The position numbers were made by a program, and so were the translations under genes. The notes beneath the pieces were generated by a model, which searched no databases, had not been told where the DNA came from, and worked only from the letters and a program-made list of their open reading frames with translations. Shown here in pieces: positions 1 to 10,318 of a DNA stretch of 64,000 nt. Location: NCBI GenBank assembly GCA_051546255.1, contig CP128822.1, positions 310,001-374,000 on the forward strand, in the 5' to 3' direction. The stretch comes from Meyerozyma guilliermondii (taxonomy: Eukaryota). The number at the start of each line of letters is the position of its first letter. Position 1 is the stretch's first letter.

Positions 1-317
1 TTTTCGATATCCTCATTTGTCAAGATCGAGTTATATGTATAAGTATCGATGTAACCCGACCACAATTGGTTGTATTCGGCACTGCTGAACGGGTAGAGCA
101 CATGATCGCGTCTTTCAGCTGTTCCGATCTTGTTTTTTTCATTATTTTGGTTGTTTTTCAATTTCACATCGTCGACCGATTTTGACCGTGGACGACTAGA
201 GCTCACCAGCGGTGGAGCCAACAGAGAGATCAGTCCCAAATCAAGTTTTCCATCATTGAAGGACGGTATATCCGAGGCTATACGCTTGACAAGCGACTTA
301 CTTCGGTCTCGTCCCAT
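1..317 (-). CDS. 5' part of an unidentified protein running off the left edge (MGRDRSKSLVKRIASDIP...LWSGYIDTYTYNSILTNEDIE)
   Basis: Hand translation: ATG at 317 preceded by an in-frame TAA, open to position 1; divergent from MCM10. Not in the ORF track because the stop lies outside the window. Confidence 0.6.
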   Translation of the reverse strand, partial: MGRDRSKSLVKRIASDIPSFNDGKLDLGLISLLAPPLVSSSRPRSKSVDDVKLKNNQNNEKNKIGTAERRDHVLYPFSSAEYNQLWSGYIDTYTYNSILTNEDIE

Positions 318-574
318 GTGGAGTGCTCGGTGGTGTGTTGAAGATTCCTGTATTTTGGTGGTTTATGCAGGTATGCAGGAAGTCACTTGTATGGTGACTC
401 AGGCTATATTACAGGAAATAGATATATTGGTTCAAATAGTTCAATATGTTTTCAATGCTTAATTGGTTTTTTAGGAGTCTGTTTATTTAGCGGAGTAGTC
501 CTTTTTTATTTAATGCTTTTCCTGTTTGCACCCGTGCACCACACGCGTATACTGAATAATTCTCCAGCCTATTT

Positions 575-2077
575 ATGGACGATCCACGCGATGAGCCCAA
601 AAACGAAAACGAGGTGATTTTGACCGACAGTTCCGACGACGAGCTAGCGGACCTTGAAAAGGAGTATGCGGTGAAGCGGCAAAAGCTTCTTGAACTGAAG
701 AAAGAAAAGGCGAAACAGGCCAAAATCGACGAGGAAAGGCGACGAAAAACGGCAAAAAATGGACTAACCCAAAGTCCCAATGGGTACATGTCCGGCCCTG
801 GTGGTCATCTGACAAACCAATTGAGCAATCTGGAGACAATTCCCACAAAAAAAAACGAAATTCAAAACAAAAGTATCGCTCGAATGGTTGCAAAAGAGAA
901 TAAACCGGTTTCAACCGGAAGCTTTGCGGCTGGACTTGAACGTGCTGGAGGTGGAGGTGACCAAGGACCCGAGTTAGCCACACGAAAGTTTGAATTTTTG
1001 AACATTCCACCGCCACTAGATATTGATGTGGGTGAAAATGATCGAGATGAAGTTTCTGGATTTCGACTTCGCAAGCGGTATATAAGTCCAGACGCATTAC
1101 AGACGTTATTGGCAGACACGAAGGTGCTACGGATCGAAAAGTTACTAGCAAAAGTGTGTCCTCCGTCCTTTTATGAGCCAGCGTACGCTAATTGGTGTCT
1201 AGTGGGGTTGATACTAGAAAAGCTGGAGCCTATTGCAAGCGGAAATACTGCAAGCGCCCCAAAGAAAGGCAGTGGAAAATACATAAAAATCTCCGTTGGT
1301 AATTTTGCCCATTCTGTACGGGTGATGTTATTTGGAGCTGCGCTTGACCGGTGGTGGAAACTCCGAGTAGGAGATATTGTGTGCATACTTAACCCCAATG
1401 TTAATCGATGGCTGCACAAATCGAAAACCGGGTTCAATCTCGCACTCAACACAGCAGTAGATTCCATTCTCGAGATTGGACTGTGCCGAGATTTTGGAAA
1501 ATGTTCGTTTGAAAATGGCTGCAACACCATGATCGATACCGCCCAAGGAACACTATGTGGATACCACCAAGACATCCATTTCCGCAAATACGCTTCCAAA
1601 CGCATGGAACTCAACGGGAGCGTCCTGTCTCGTCGTCCACTGGACCGTCCGCTGGACCGCAAGCCACAAACTTTTGTCCCATATTCACAGGCTAACGAAC
1701 GCACCACAACGTTTGCGGCAGCGCCTGGTATCGATCGCACCCAGTACACCGATCCCCAGGAATTGAGTCGCCGCAACAAGGCAGCGCGCGTAGCAGCACT
1801 CGCCAAAAGAGGGAGTCTGCGGCTGGTGAATACCCACGGAAAAGCCGTGCAACCTTTCACAAGCGCAGCATTGAAGAATATAGGCTATGATCCTGTGCCA
1901 CGAAAATCGGCTCAGCAGGGTAAGCACGTGCAACAGCTGCTTCATGCCATAACGTCGCAGATCAAGACTCGGCTGCTTCGACGAGAGCCCAAAAAGCGTT
2001 CACAGCCTGCCCAGTCTGCCCAGTCTGCTCAGCCGGTAGCGGATTACAGCTCTGATTCATCGATAGAGATCGAGTAA
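575..2077 (+). CDS. MCM10: Replication factor Mcm10
   Basis: N-terminal DDPRD, OB-fold region (WWKLRVGDIVCILNP, ILEIG), CCCH zinc finger (GKC...C...LCGYH), RMEL motif. Confidence 0.9.
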   Translation: MDDPRDEPKNENEVILTDSSDDELADLEKEYAVKRQKLLELKKEKAKQAKIDEERRRKTAKNGLTQSPNGYMSGPGGHLTNQLSNLETIPTKKNEIQNKSIARMVAKENKPVSTGSFAAGLERAGGGGDQGPELATRKFEFLNIPPPLDIDVGENDRDEVSGFRLRKRYISPDALQTLLADTKVLRIEKLLAKVCPPSFYEPAYANWCLVGLILEKLEPIASGNTASAPKKGSGKYIKISVGNFAHSVRVMLFGAALDRWWKLRVGDIVCILNPNVNRWLHKSKTGFNLALNTAVDSILEIGLCRDFGKCSFENGCNTMIDTAQGTLCGYHQDIHFRKYASKRMELNGSVLSRRPLDRPLDRKPQTFVPYSQANERTTTFAAAPGIDRTQYTDPQELSRRNKAARVAALAKRGSLRLVNTHGKAVQPFTSAALKNIGYDPVPRKSAQQGKHVQQLLHAITSQIKTRLLRREPKKRSQPAQSAQSAQPVADYSSDSSIEIE

Positions 2078-2177
2078 GATTGTGCGCGCGGCTAATGCTG
2101 CGAATAGGCGCTGCGAATAACGGTTAGATAAGCTAACAATGAATCCGGCGGAGAATGGCAAAACAGATTGGAAACTA

Positions 2178-2266
2178 ATGTTGGGCGAAACCAATGTTGG
2201 GCGAAACCAATGCTGGAACAAATACTGGAACAAATCCTGGAACAATTACTGGACAAATACTGGAAC
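2178..2266. repeat. Short tandem repeats: 16-bp unit (ATGTTGGGCGAAACCA) x2, then ~12-bp unit (CTGGAACAAATA) x4-5
   Basis: Read directly from the sequence. Confidence 0.85.
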
Positions 2267-3145
2267 ATGTCAATGAGTTTATTATAATCAAGTTTATTTT
2301 GCAACCGCGAGAAACTTCCCTTTTCAAACTAAATTTTGGATAAGACATACAAGGAAAGAAGATAGATGAGTATCTTGATTGCTGATGTTCTTACAGATTT
2401 GTTCACATGGTTCTATTTGACTTCCAGTAACACGGGTGCTAGAATTCTGACTATGCGGCTAAGCAAATCATGGCACACTGTGTACAATTTTTTTCATATC
2501 AATCTCGCCAAAATTTTCTGCTATTCGATTTCGTACGCCAAACGTGCTGATGTCGCTTCTGCTCATTGTTAAATCCGTTGAAAGCTGTAATCAGTTTGCA
2601 TCGTTGAGTTTAATTTTACAAAATTGAAAATTGACTAGCCATATATTGAGGCTATTTTGACTTAGTCTTAGGAGATACCTTTCACAACTCGAATCAGGTC
2701 CTTGCAAGGAATCTCGATTGATATAGCGTATCAGTCGCATTTGCAATTCGTACCTGTAGTAAACTTTTGCAGCAAACCGCAAATTGCAGTCTCATTATAA
2801 TTAAAGAGCTTTTCAACTTGAATTCATTCCAGCGTCGTTCCAAGACAATATTATCTTTACGCTACAATAAACTTTTCGAAAGTAATTTATGGAATCAATA
2901 GACCGAAGTACGAGGTATTGATGCTTGTATGCATTCTGGATCTCGTATATTTGTGTCAATATGCATTTCGATGCACTAAATAACCATTGCAAATTGCATC
3001 GATGTGCATTGAGTGTAAAAGCAAAATAATAAGTTTCCTTCAGTAACACGCTACATATCATCGCCAAGACAAATTTTAATAAGCAAATGATTCGATAAAA
3101 TACACTTTTCGTATCAATGCATTAATATGAACTCTAAGTCTTACA

Positions 3146-3730
3146 CTAATTCGCTTGAAGAGCACCGCTATCCACATCGTAAACTACTTGCATGTCACTG
3201 GGCAAACAAGTACCATAACAAATCGAGTGGGAACTGATTCTGAGGTGACCATCATACTTTCCGTCTTTATTCAATTGAACACAAAAAGTTTCTCTTAACC
3301 ATTGGCCATCCTCAAGCTTCAACACTTTATCAATTGCACTTATGATGGTCTCCGATCTCTCGTGATGATCACTGTCTATTCTGGCATCCCAGAACTTGTA
3401 ATGAACTGCCCCAATACTGCCACATTGGTCGTGGCCATTCAACCCGAGGTATTGCTGCATGCGAGCACTCAGTTCTTTCATCAGATGCACCATATTCATT
3501 TTGAATTCTGATAAAGTTTGAAACTCTCCCTGAGGGTTTGAAATCTGAAATCTTTCACGTTTAGTACCATAAAACCAAGCAAAGCTGAAAATAACGAAAC
3601 AATTCAAACCTAAGACAATCAATGAAATACTTTTCTGAGCATAATAATTGGTCGTTCGGTTCTTGAGGAAAGCTCCCAAGCGTCTTTGTAACCAGACAAT
3701 TGCTATCAAAAATAATGCTTCTGAGATCAT
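3146..3730 (-). CDS. Protein with hydrophobic N-terminal segments and a degenerate CSS2/Klus/KHR-like C-terminal domain
   Basis: Intact 194-aa ATG ORF; two hydrophobic stretches, then GTKR; the C-terminal ~95 aa align by eye with the 4925-5374 paralogue (CGSIGAVHYKFW vs CGQIGSVHYKYW; TIISAIDKV vs TIASAIDAV; DGKYDGHLRIS vs GGTWTGHLKIS). Confidence 0.7.
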   Translation of the reverse strand: MISEALFLIAIVWLQRRLGAFLKNRTTNYYAQKSISLIVLGLNCFVIFSFAWFYGTKRERFQISNPQGEFQTLSEFKMNMVHLMKELSARMQQYLGLNGHDQCGSIGAVHYKFWDARIDSDHHERSETIISAIDKVLKLEDGQWLRETFCVQLNKDGKYDGHLRISSHSICYGTCLPSDMQVVYDVDSGALQAN

Positions 3731-4691
3731 TTAAATGATCTCGCGGTATTTGACCCAAATTATAGATGGTCAGATACCGACGTAAGCCCGCACCTCAATT
3801 TTCAACCGCATATAGTGCCGCACCATTAATAACTCCGAATAGATACGGATTCTAGCAATTTGGAATGGCAATGGGACTTTTTATTTTCCAAGAAATCTTC
3901 TGCATCTGCTTGGATAAGTTAAGGTATGGTATCCTCGTTGAGTATTAATGAATGCAAAGTCCAATAAAAATTGTATTCGTATTTAACCCACATTCAATAA
4001 GGCAAGAATAGTCGAGGTTGGCGTATTCATGCGTCCGAGGCATATTATCAATGCAGTAAGCATGCATATTTATTGATAGGGGTGAGATACCGACTATTTA
4101 GTTGATGCACAAGTTGCATTACTTTACGGTGTTCAAGTCACCACATATCATTGGTTAGGAAGGTACGAGCTTCCAGGAAAGTAAAGAGATATTCAATCAC
4201 GTAGTTTCCGTTCCACAATGCCTGTTAGATTTGACAGAAATATTGAGGATGCACTGTGCATTTGGTTTTTTTTTTATTGCACGCGACAGCTCGGCATCTC
4301 CCCCGATAATATTTCGTATGTCACTCGTGGTAACTTTACCCGAAGTGCGAAACCGGCAACTAGTCTGTTGCAAGGTGCGAATAACCCTCTACTAAACGTA
4401 TACTTGTACTCTCTCATTGACGATGTGGGTAACTGGCGACAAAAGCTACCTGCGCCCTTGAACACATATTTCGAGCATTACAGGAGGAGAGCTACAAGGT
4501 GACTTAACGGACTTATTAATTCTGCCATGCATGTATATGCCAGGTTTACTTTTTGATTAATTACCAACATGCATAGAGAACGGCACTGGTCTCTGAGCGA
4601 CTATAAAAGGCGACAACTGAAGACTAAGGAAGTACCGATTTTTATTTTTCTAAAGAATTCGATTGCTGGCTTGTTTTGAAAAGAAGAATTT

Positions 4692-5374
4692 AAGATTCAA
4701 ATCACCAGTGCAGTATTTCTTGTTCTACATTTCCTGCTTCTACTAACTCGGGTACAAGCTCTTTTGAACGAAACCCTAGTGGACAGTGTGGGTAATGTTA
4801 TAACTGATGCTGTAATTGGAATCAACTTGGATTTATTCGAGTCGTAACTCGAAGGATCAACAACAAAACGCGAAGATTCTTCCTGGTATTCGATTTCGAC
4901 TTACAATGGATCAGTGGTGAATAACAACTTGAGAAAAGGGTTGATATTCATGCTTGTGTGGCGTGGGTAACTGGATTCAGTCAATGTCTTGAAATGAATA
5001 ATGGATTTTTTACCGATATCTGGGAGATAGCAGCTTGTATGAAGCGACGCGCAGGCTGGAACGATTGCAACCTGCACTGTGGACAAATCGGGTCAGTTCA
5101 TTACAAGTACTGGAATGCTGGCGGCGATTGTGATACGACAGCGCAGGTTAAGACTATAGCCAGCGCAATTGATGCTGTCTTCAAGAATGAAAGTGGTAAA
5201 TGGTTGTGCAACACTTACTGTATTACTATGCGCCATGGCGGCACTTGGACCGGACATCTCAAAATAAGCCCCATATCTGTATGTGCTGGGGGCTGCCTGC
5301 AATATAACATACTGAGATGTTACGATGCTGGTTGCGGGAGCTTAGAGGGTAGCCACCACTGTCAAGGCAATTGA
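4692..5374 (+). pseudogene. Disrupted prepro killer-toxin-like secreted protein (Klus/YFR020W-CSS2/KHR-like)
   Basis: Signal-peptide-like KIQITSAVFLVLHFSLLLTRVQA from 4692 with no ATG; in-frame TAA 4845-4847; KR at 4866-4871; frameshift before LEKR (4928-4939); Cys-rich mature part with CDTTAQ.TI..AI...C..YCI.M.HGGTW.G; TATAAAA at 4602. Confidence 0.7.
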
Positions 5375-5961
5375 CCCATGAATAGATCCATACAGTGTAT
5401 ACATCTTGAGTATCAATATTCGAAAGTGAGTAGTTGACGATCATTCTAGTGTTATCAATGATCTTTGATCGACGACTATTCCGCCAAAAAGACTCTTTGA
5501 CTGAGAGTCAGAATAACACTTCGGAGAGAGTATTTCTTATCTCGATTTGCACGGAATATTATGCCTCTTCGCACAAGTTCATTTTTGGCTGGTTGTGAAT
5601 CGATTCACACCTATTAAGATTTCGCTTGACAAATGCGCAGATTAAGCTTTTCGCAGCCAACCTCAGATCGTAAAAATATGCAACATTCACCGATCATCGA
5701 ATTCTTGCCATATAACACATTGCTCGAATTACTCAAACTCGTCTTAATATCCATGCTCCGCTGAATTCACTGGGCAATTTTTACGGCGCTTGCATAGAAT
5801 TTCTGTGTATGATTATGTCCCTTGAGTGATCCCAGTTCAGCATTGTTTCGAGATAATAATTGCAACCTTTCACCAGTTTATATGTGGAACTGACTTTTTC
5901 TGAATATCAGTAAATGACTTTTGAGCGTTATATTTGTTTCATCTGCTAGTTTGTCACTTTC

Positions 5962-6230
5962 AGACCACATCACAAGCTATCACAGGCCAACCTTGATTGC
6001 GCAATAGTTGCGCAGTATCGATCGCACCCATACACCGTTCCCCACAAATGAATACCCACGGAAAAGCCGTTTCTTTCACAAGCGCATCCTGTAGCGGAAC
6101 CCAAGCTCCGATTTCATTCTAGATGCACGTCGCGTAACAGCGGGAAATACGCCCTGGTGCCGATTTGAACGATAAGTGAACAATGGCGCAACGGCGGAGC
6201 GACACACGGAAATGTGGAAGTGATGTTGGG
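5962..6230 (+). repeat. Degenerate, internally deleted direct copy of the MCM10 3' end and downstream flank (~1650-2185)
   Basis: Collinear exact blocks: 6015-6030=1728-1743 (16 nt), 6049-6070=1827-1848 (22 nt), 6073-6086=1854-1867 (14 nt), 6091-6098=2036-2043; weaker similarity continues into the 3' flank. Confidence 0.85.
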
Positions 6231-6247
6231 CTATCACAAATTTAGAT

Positions 6248-6853
6248 CACATGCTAGAGTCACGTATTGGATTGTATTGGATTGGACAGCATGCATTGGA
6301 AAGGATACCTGAACGGATATTAAGCAGGTCACGTTAAACAAAACAATTGCCACGATGGATTGTGATTTGCAACCGAATCAAAAGGTGAAATTCATAAAAA
6401 CTTCTCGAGACAGAATTAAAAGGACGGTCCACACATGTGGCTAGAGGATTATACGTGTATTTTACATGTATTTTGCATGTCTTTACACGGATTTCTTTGG
6501 TATATTTTTGGTATCTTTGGTATCTTGGTATCTCTTACATGTTACTGTTTACATCGCTAAGCGAATGTGGCACTCCGGAACTCAAGCAACACCCGTTCCG
6601 AATTGACACACATGCCCCAAATTTAGGCCCATGGATCATGTGCGGCCAGTAGCATGTGATGGTGGATCGCCTGCCCAATGAGGGCACAAGCAATACCATC
6701 TGCAGGACGCTGACCCCGGAGTGGGGACGCCGTGCAGTAATATGTGCTTGTGTGCCGGATTTGCGGCTGCCCCCTCCGGATGCCCTATTATGTCATCTGG
6801 CCATTTTCACATGTGGAGGGGAAGTGGGCAGCACCGGAGTCCTCACCTATAAA
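6248..6853 (+). promoter_or_regulatory. CYP52 promoter with clustered CATGTG/CACATG E-boxes and a TATA box
   Basis: CATGTG at 6434, 6637, 6653, 6810; CACATG at 6248, 6609; TATAAA at 6848. Confidence 0.5.
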
Positions 6854-6896
6854 GATAGGATTGCGTCAAGGTAGGTTTTGATACAACACTTTTGTC

Positions 6897-8456
6897 ATGT
6901 CAGAACTTTTGGATTCCATTCAACCTTATTTGACCAAATGGTACGTGGTGATCTCGGCTCTTTTGGTGTCGTTCTTTATTGCCCACAAGATTTCCGTCGC
7001 CAGATTTAAGGCCACCCACAATTGTGCTGCTTCGCCTGAATACTACAAAGTAAACTGGTTCTCGCTTCCTCTTCTTTATCGTCTTATTCAGGTCAAAAGA
7101 GAGGGACGCCTTTTGGACTTTGCCCAGAAAATTTATGACGATGTAAAGGCATTGACCTTTGTCATCAAAATTGTTGGTGTTCCCGTAATTATCACCAGAG
7201 ACCCTGAAAATATGAAAGCCGTTTTAGCTACCCAATTTAATGATTTTGCCTTGGGAACCAGACACGCTCACTTTAAGCCTTTGTTGGGAGATGGTATCTT
7301 CACTCTTGATGGTAATGGATGGAAACAATCAAGATCAATGTTGAGACCTCAATTCTCCAGAGAACAAGTTGCCCATGTCCAGGCTTTGGAGCCACACTTG
7401 CAGAGATTGGCGAAGCACATCAGACTCGCTGACGGGGAAACCATCAACATTCAAGACTTGTTCTTCAAGTTGACTGTCGACACTGCCACCGAGTTTTTGT
7501 TTGGACAATCCGTGTACAGCTTAAAGGATGCTGCTATCAACGACCCTCCCACTGAGGACTTTGATGGTAGAAGCAGCTTTGCTAACTCGTTCAACACCGC
7601 CCAGACTTATTTGGGTACCCGTGCTTACTTGCAAATGTTCTACTTTATTGTCAACAACTCTGACTTCCGAAAGTGTTGCAACCAAGTGCACGATTTCACT
7701 AGATTCTACGTCCAAAAGGGCTTGGACATGACTCCAGAAGAACTTGAAAAGAAGAGTGAGAATGGCTATGTCTTCCTTTACGAATTGGTCAAACAAACTA
7801 GGGACCCAAAGGTTTTGCAAGATCAATTGTTGAACATTTTGTTAGCTGGTAGAGATACCACTGCTGGCTTGTTGTCATTCACCTTCTTCGAGTTGGCCAG
7901 ACACCCTAGGGTGTTCAACAAGTTGAAGGAGGAGATCTACGAAGCATTTGGAAAGGGAGATGATGCTCGGGTTTCAGAAATCACATTTGAGTCCTTGAAA
8001 AAGTGTGAGTACTTGAAATGGGTCATGAACGAAATGTTGAGATTGTACCCATCTGTGCCCGTCAACTTTAGAGTTGCTACCAAGAGGACAACGTTGCCTC
8101 GTGGAGGTGGACCAGACGGTAATTCTCCTATCTACGTTGGTAAAGGAACCACAGTGGCCTACTCGGTGTACTCCACTCACAGAATGGAAGAGTACTACGG
8201 TAAGGATGCTGATGAGTTTAAACCAGAAAGATGGGCCGAATCTCGTAAATTGGGATGGGCTTACGTTCCTTTTAACGGTGGTCCAAGAATCTGTTTGGGT
8301 CAGCAGTTTGCCTTGACTGAAGCTTCCTACATTGTAACTAGATTGTTGCAGATGTTTGACAAGTTGGAGCTCCATGACGACAGACCTTACCCACCGGCTA
8401 AGTCGGTCCATTTGACCATGTGTCACCAAGATGGTGTCTACGTTAGTTTGTCATAA
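6897..8456 (+). CDS. CYP52: Cytochrome P450, CYP52 family (alkane/fatty-acid hydroxylase)
   Basis: LAGRDTTA, EMLR, PERW, FNGGPRICLGQQFA haem motif; LLGDGIFTLDG typical of CYP52. Confidence 0.95.
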   Translation: MSELLDSIQPYLTKWYVVISALLVSFFIAHKISVARFKATHNCAASPEYYKVNWFSLPLLYRLIQVKREGRLLDFAQKIYDDVKALTFVIKIVGVPVIITRDPENMKAVLATQFNDFALGTRHAHFKPLLGDGIFTLDGNGWKQSRSMLRPQFSREQVAHVQALEPHLQRLAKHIRLADGETINIQDLFFKLTVDTATEFLFGQSVYSLKDAAINDPPTEDFDGRSSFANSFNTAQTYLGTRAYLQMFYFIVNNSDFRKCCNQVHDFTRFYVQKGLDMTPEELEKKSENGYVFLYELVKQTRDPKVLQDQLLNILLAGRDTTAGLLSFTFFELARHPRVFNKLKEEIYEAFGKGDDARVSEITFESLKKCEYLKWVMNEMLRLYPSVPVNFRVATKRTTLPRGGGPDGNSPIYVGKGTTVAYSVYSTHRMEEYYGKDADEFKPERWAESRKLGWAYVPFNGGPRICLGQQFALTEASYIVTRLLQMFDKLELHDDRPYPPAKSVHLTMCHQDGVYVSLS

Positions 8457-8585
8457 ATTTATAATGAGTAGCTCGGCTACGCGATATGGCTAGATTTTAT
8501 TTTTGTATGCAACAGAATTGGTGATTTATATAGAACAGGTTAACAAAGAGATTTGAAAGCTATAACAAAAAATTTTGAGACTTCA

Positions 8586-9659
8586 ATGCCCTCACCTAGG
8601 TCTTTGTTTCATGTCATCGCACCCCGCACATTTTTCACCCAATCTCATCGCTACAATTTGATGCTGACCGACAAAAAAATAAAATTAGACCTGTCGATAA
8701 TGCAAATCTGTACCCATTCTGGCAGTTTCCACGCCGACGAGTCGTTGGCTGTTTATATGGTGAAACTTTTACCTGCCTATAAAGACTGCAAGTTGGTTAG
8801 ACTGAGAAACCCAGAGGACTGGGAAGCGAGCGATTTGGTTATAGATGTGGGAGGAAAGTACGATGGAACCAAATACTTTGATCATCACCAGCGTGAGTTT
8901 TCCGAGACTTTCTCTGCCAATTACAAGACAAAATTATCTTCTGCTGGGCTCATTTATAAGCATTTTGGAAAACAGATCATCGAGGAAGTTTGTCAAAGCA
9001 CCAAGGAGAACACCGAATTGTTGTACGAGAAAGTGTACAAGGAGTTTATCGAGGCATTGGACGCCAACGACAACGGAATCAACAACTACTCAAAGGAAGC
9101 CGAAGCAGAAAAAAATTTCAACGACAGAAATATTACCCTTCCAGCTATAGTTCTGAAACTCAATCCTTCGTGGAACGAAAACCCAACCGATGCTGATTTT
9201 GACGCAGCATTCCAAAGAAGCAGTGCTCTCATGGGCGAGGTTTTCGTCAACTTGCTCAAGGGCTATGGAAACTCGTGGCTTCCCGCTCGCACCATAGTGG
9301 AGTCTGGTTTTGACTCAAGATTCGACGTTGATAAGTCTGGGAAAATCCTCAAACTCGAGCAGTTCTGCCCATGGAAAGAACATTTGTACGCCATAGAAAA
9401 GGAAAAGTCGGCCCAGGGACAAATTGAGTTTGTTCTCTTCCAGGACTCGTCGTCCAAATGGAGGGTTTCTACTGTATCGGTGACATCCACATCTTTTGAG
9501 TTCAGAAAAGGATTGCTTGAACCATGGAGAGGCCTTCGAGACGAGGAATTGAGCGAAAAGGCTGGTGTTCCTGGTTGTATTTTTGTTCATGCTGCTGGCT
9601 TTATTGGCGGAGCCAATACTTATGAGGGTGTGCTCAAGCTTGCGCAGTTGTCGTTGTAG
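8586..9659 (+). CDS. MYG1: MYG1-family exonuclease; in-frame ATGs at 8586 and 8661
   Basis: THSGSFHADE, DVGG, FDHHQ, LSSAGLIYKHFG, PWKEHL, FVHAAGFIGG. Confidence 0.92.
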   Translation: MPSPRSLFHVIAPRTFFTQSHRYNLMLTDKKIKLDLSIMQICTHSGSFHADESLAVYMVKLLPAYKDCKLVRLRNPEDWEASDLVIDVGGKYDGTKYFDHHQREFSETFSANYKTKLSSAGLIYKHFGKQIIEEVCQSTKENTELLYEKVYKEFIEALDANDNGINNYSKEAEAEKNFNDRNITLPAIVLKLNPSWNENPTDADFDAAFQRSSALMGEVFVNLLKGYGNSWLPARTIVESGFDSRFDVDKSGKILKLEQFCPWKEHLYAIEKEKSAQGQIEFVLFQDSSSKWRVSTVSVTSTSFEFRKGLLEPWRGLRDEELSEKAGVPGCIFVHAAGFIGGANTYEGVLKLAQLSL

Positions 9660-9751
9660 ACAAGCAGGTTTGTGTAGAAGCAAACCGAACTTCAGATTGG
9701 AGAGCTCATTTAGCTAGGCTAGTCTGAATAAATTTGTAAGCCTGATAAACT

Positions 9752-9807
9752 AGGCTTGAAACTTAAGGCTCGAAACTTAAGGCTTGGAACTTAAGGCTTG
9801 AAACTGG
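9752..9807. repeat. 14-bp tandem repeat (AGGCTTGAAACTTA) x4
   Basis: Read directly; no spacers between units. Confidence 0.85.
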
Positions 9808-10318
9808 AAACCTTTAATAGTCATAAAGGTTGGTTGTGTTGACCAGCTTCGTATCCTACTATTCCTTGAAAAAATGAATGTATAGCTTTAGTTTGGTGGA
9901 CTTTCTTGACACTTTTAGCAGTAGAACTACAAAGCTCTGGAGCTATTAGTGGAATACGGAAACATAAATTTTCAGGGACAAATCTGGCTTGCTACCTAAA
10001 TTCAAACTTAGGGGACTCGCGGTATTCCACTTTGAAATGCTTAGCATAAGCTGAAAATAACTTGACTATTCCTATATTTCGAAGGTCTGTATTGAAATCT
10101 CGAAATGGCTGCGAATTTCGATAAAGTCCAGCGGCCTGCATACTATCAAAGTATACCGATTATGTTAAGTATTCATATGTATATTAATAGAAACAGGAAA
10201 GAAGTCTATTTTAATTTCCGTCTTCTCCTCTATCAATTTTATAGTATTTATAGTTTCATAGTTAATTTTGTCATAATCTGGTCATAATGTGGAAGACAAT
10301 TATTGGCTGCAAATTCCA

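Noticed and set aside
4218..4502. 94-aa ORF between the toxin-like paralogues
   Set aside because: No motif, signal peptide or other support; probably a chance ORF in shared promoter DNA
4741..4914. Intron rescuing the toxin-like pseudogene (TACTAAC at 4741; GTAATG 4792 to CAG 4914)
   Set aside because: The TACTAAC lies upstream of the stop with no good donor; the second option is 123 nt, keeps the frame and does not fix the frameshift or the missing ATG
9752..9807. CRISPR-like array
   Set aside because: Contiguous 14-bp units with no spacers in eukaryotic DNA; a simple minisatellite
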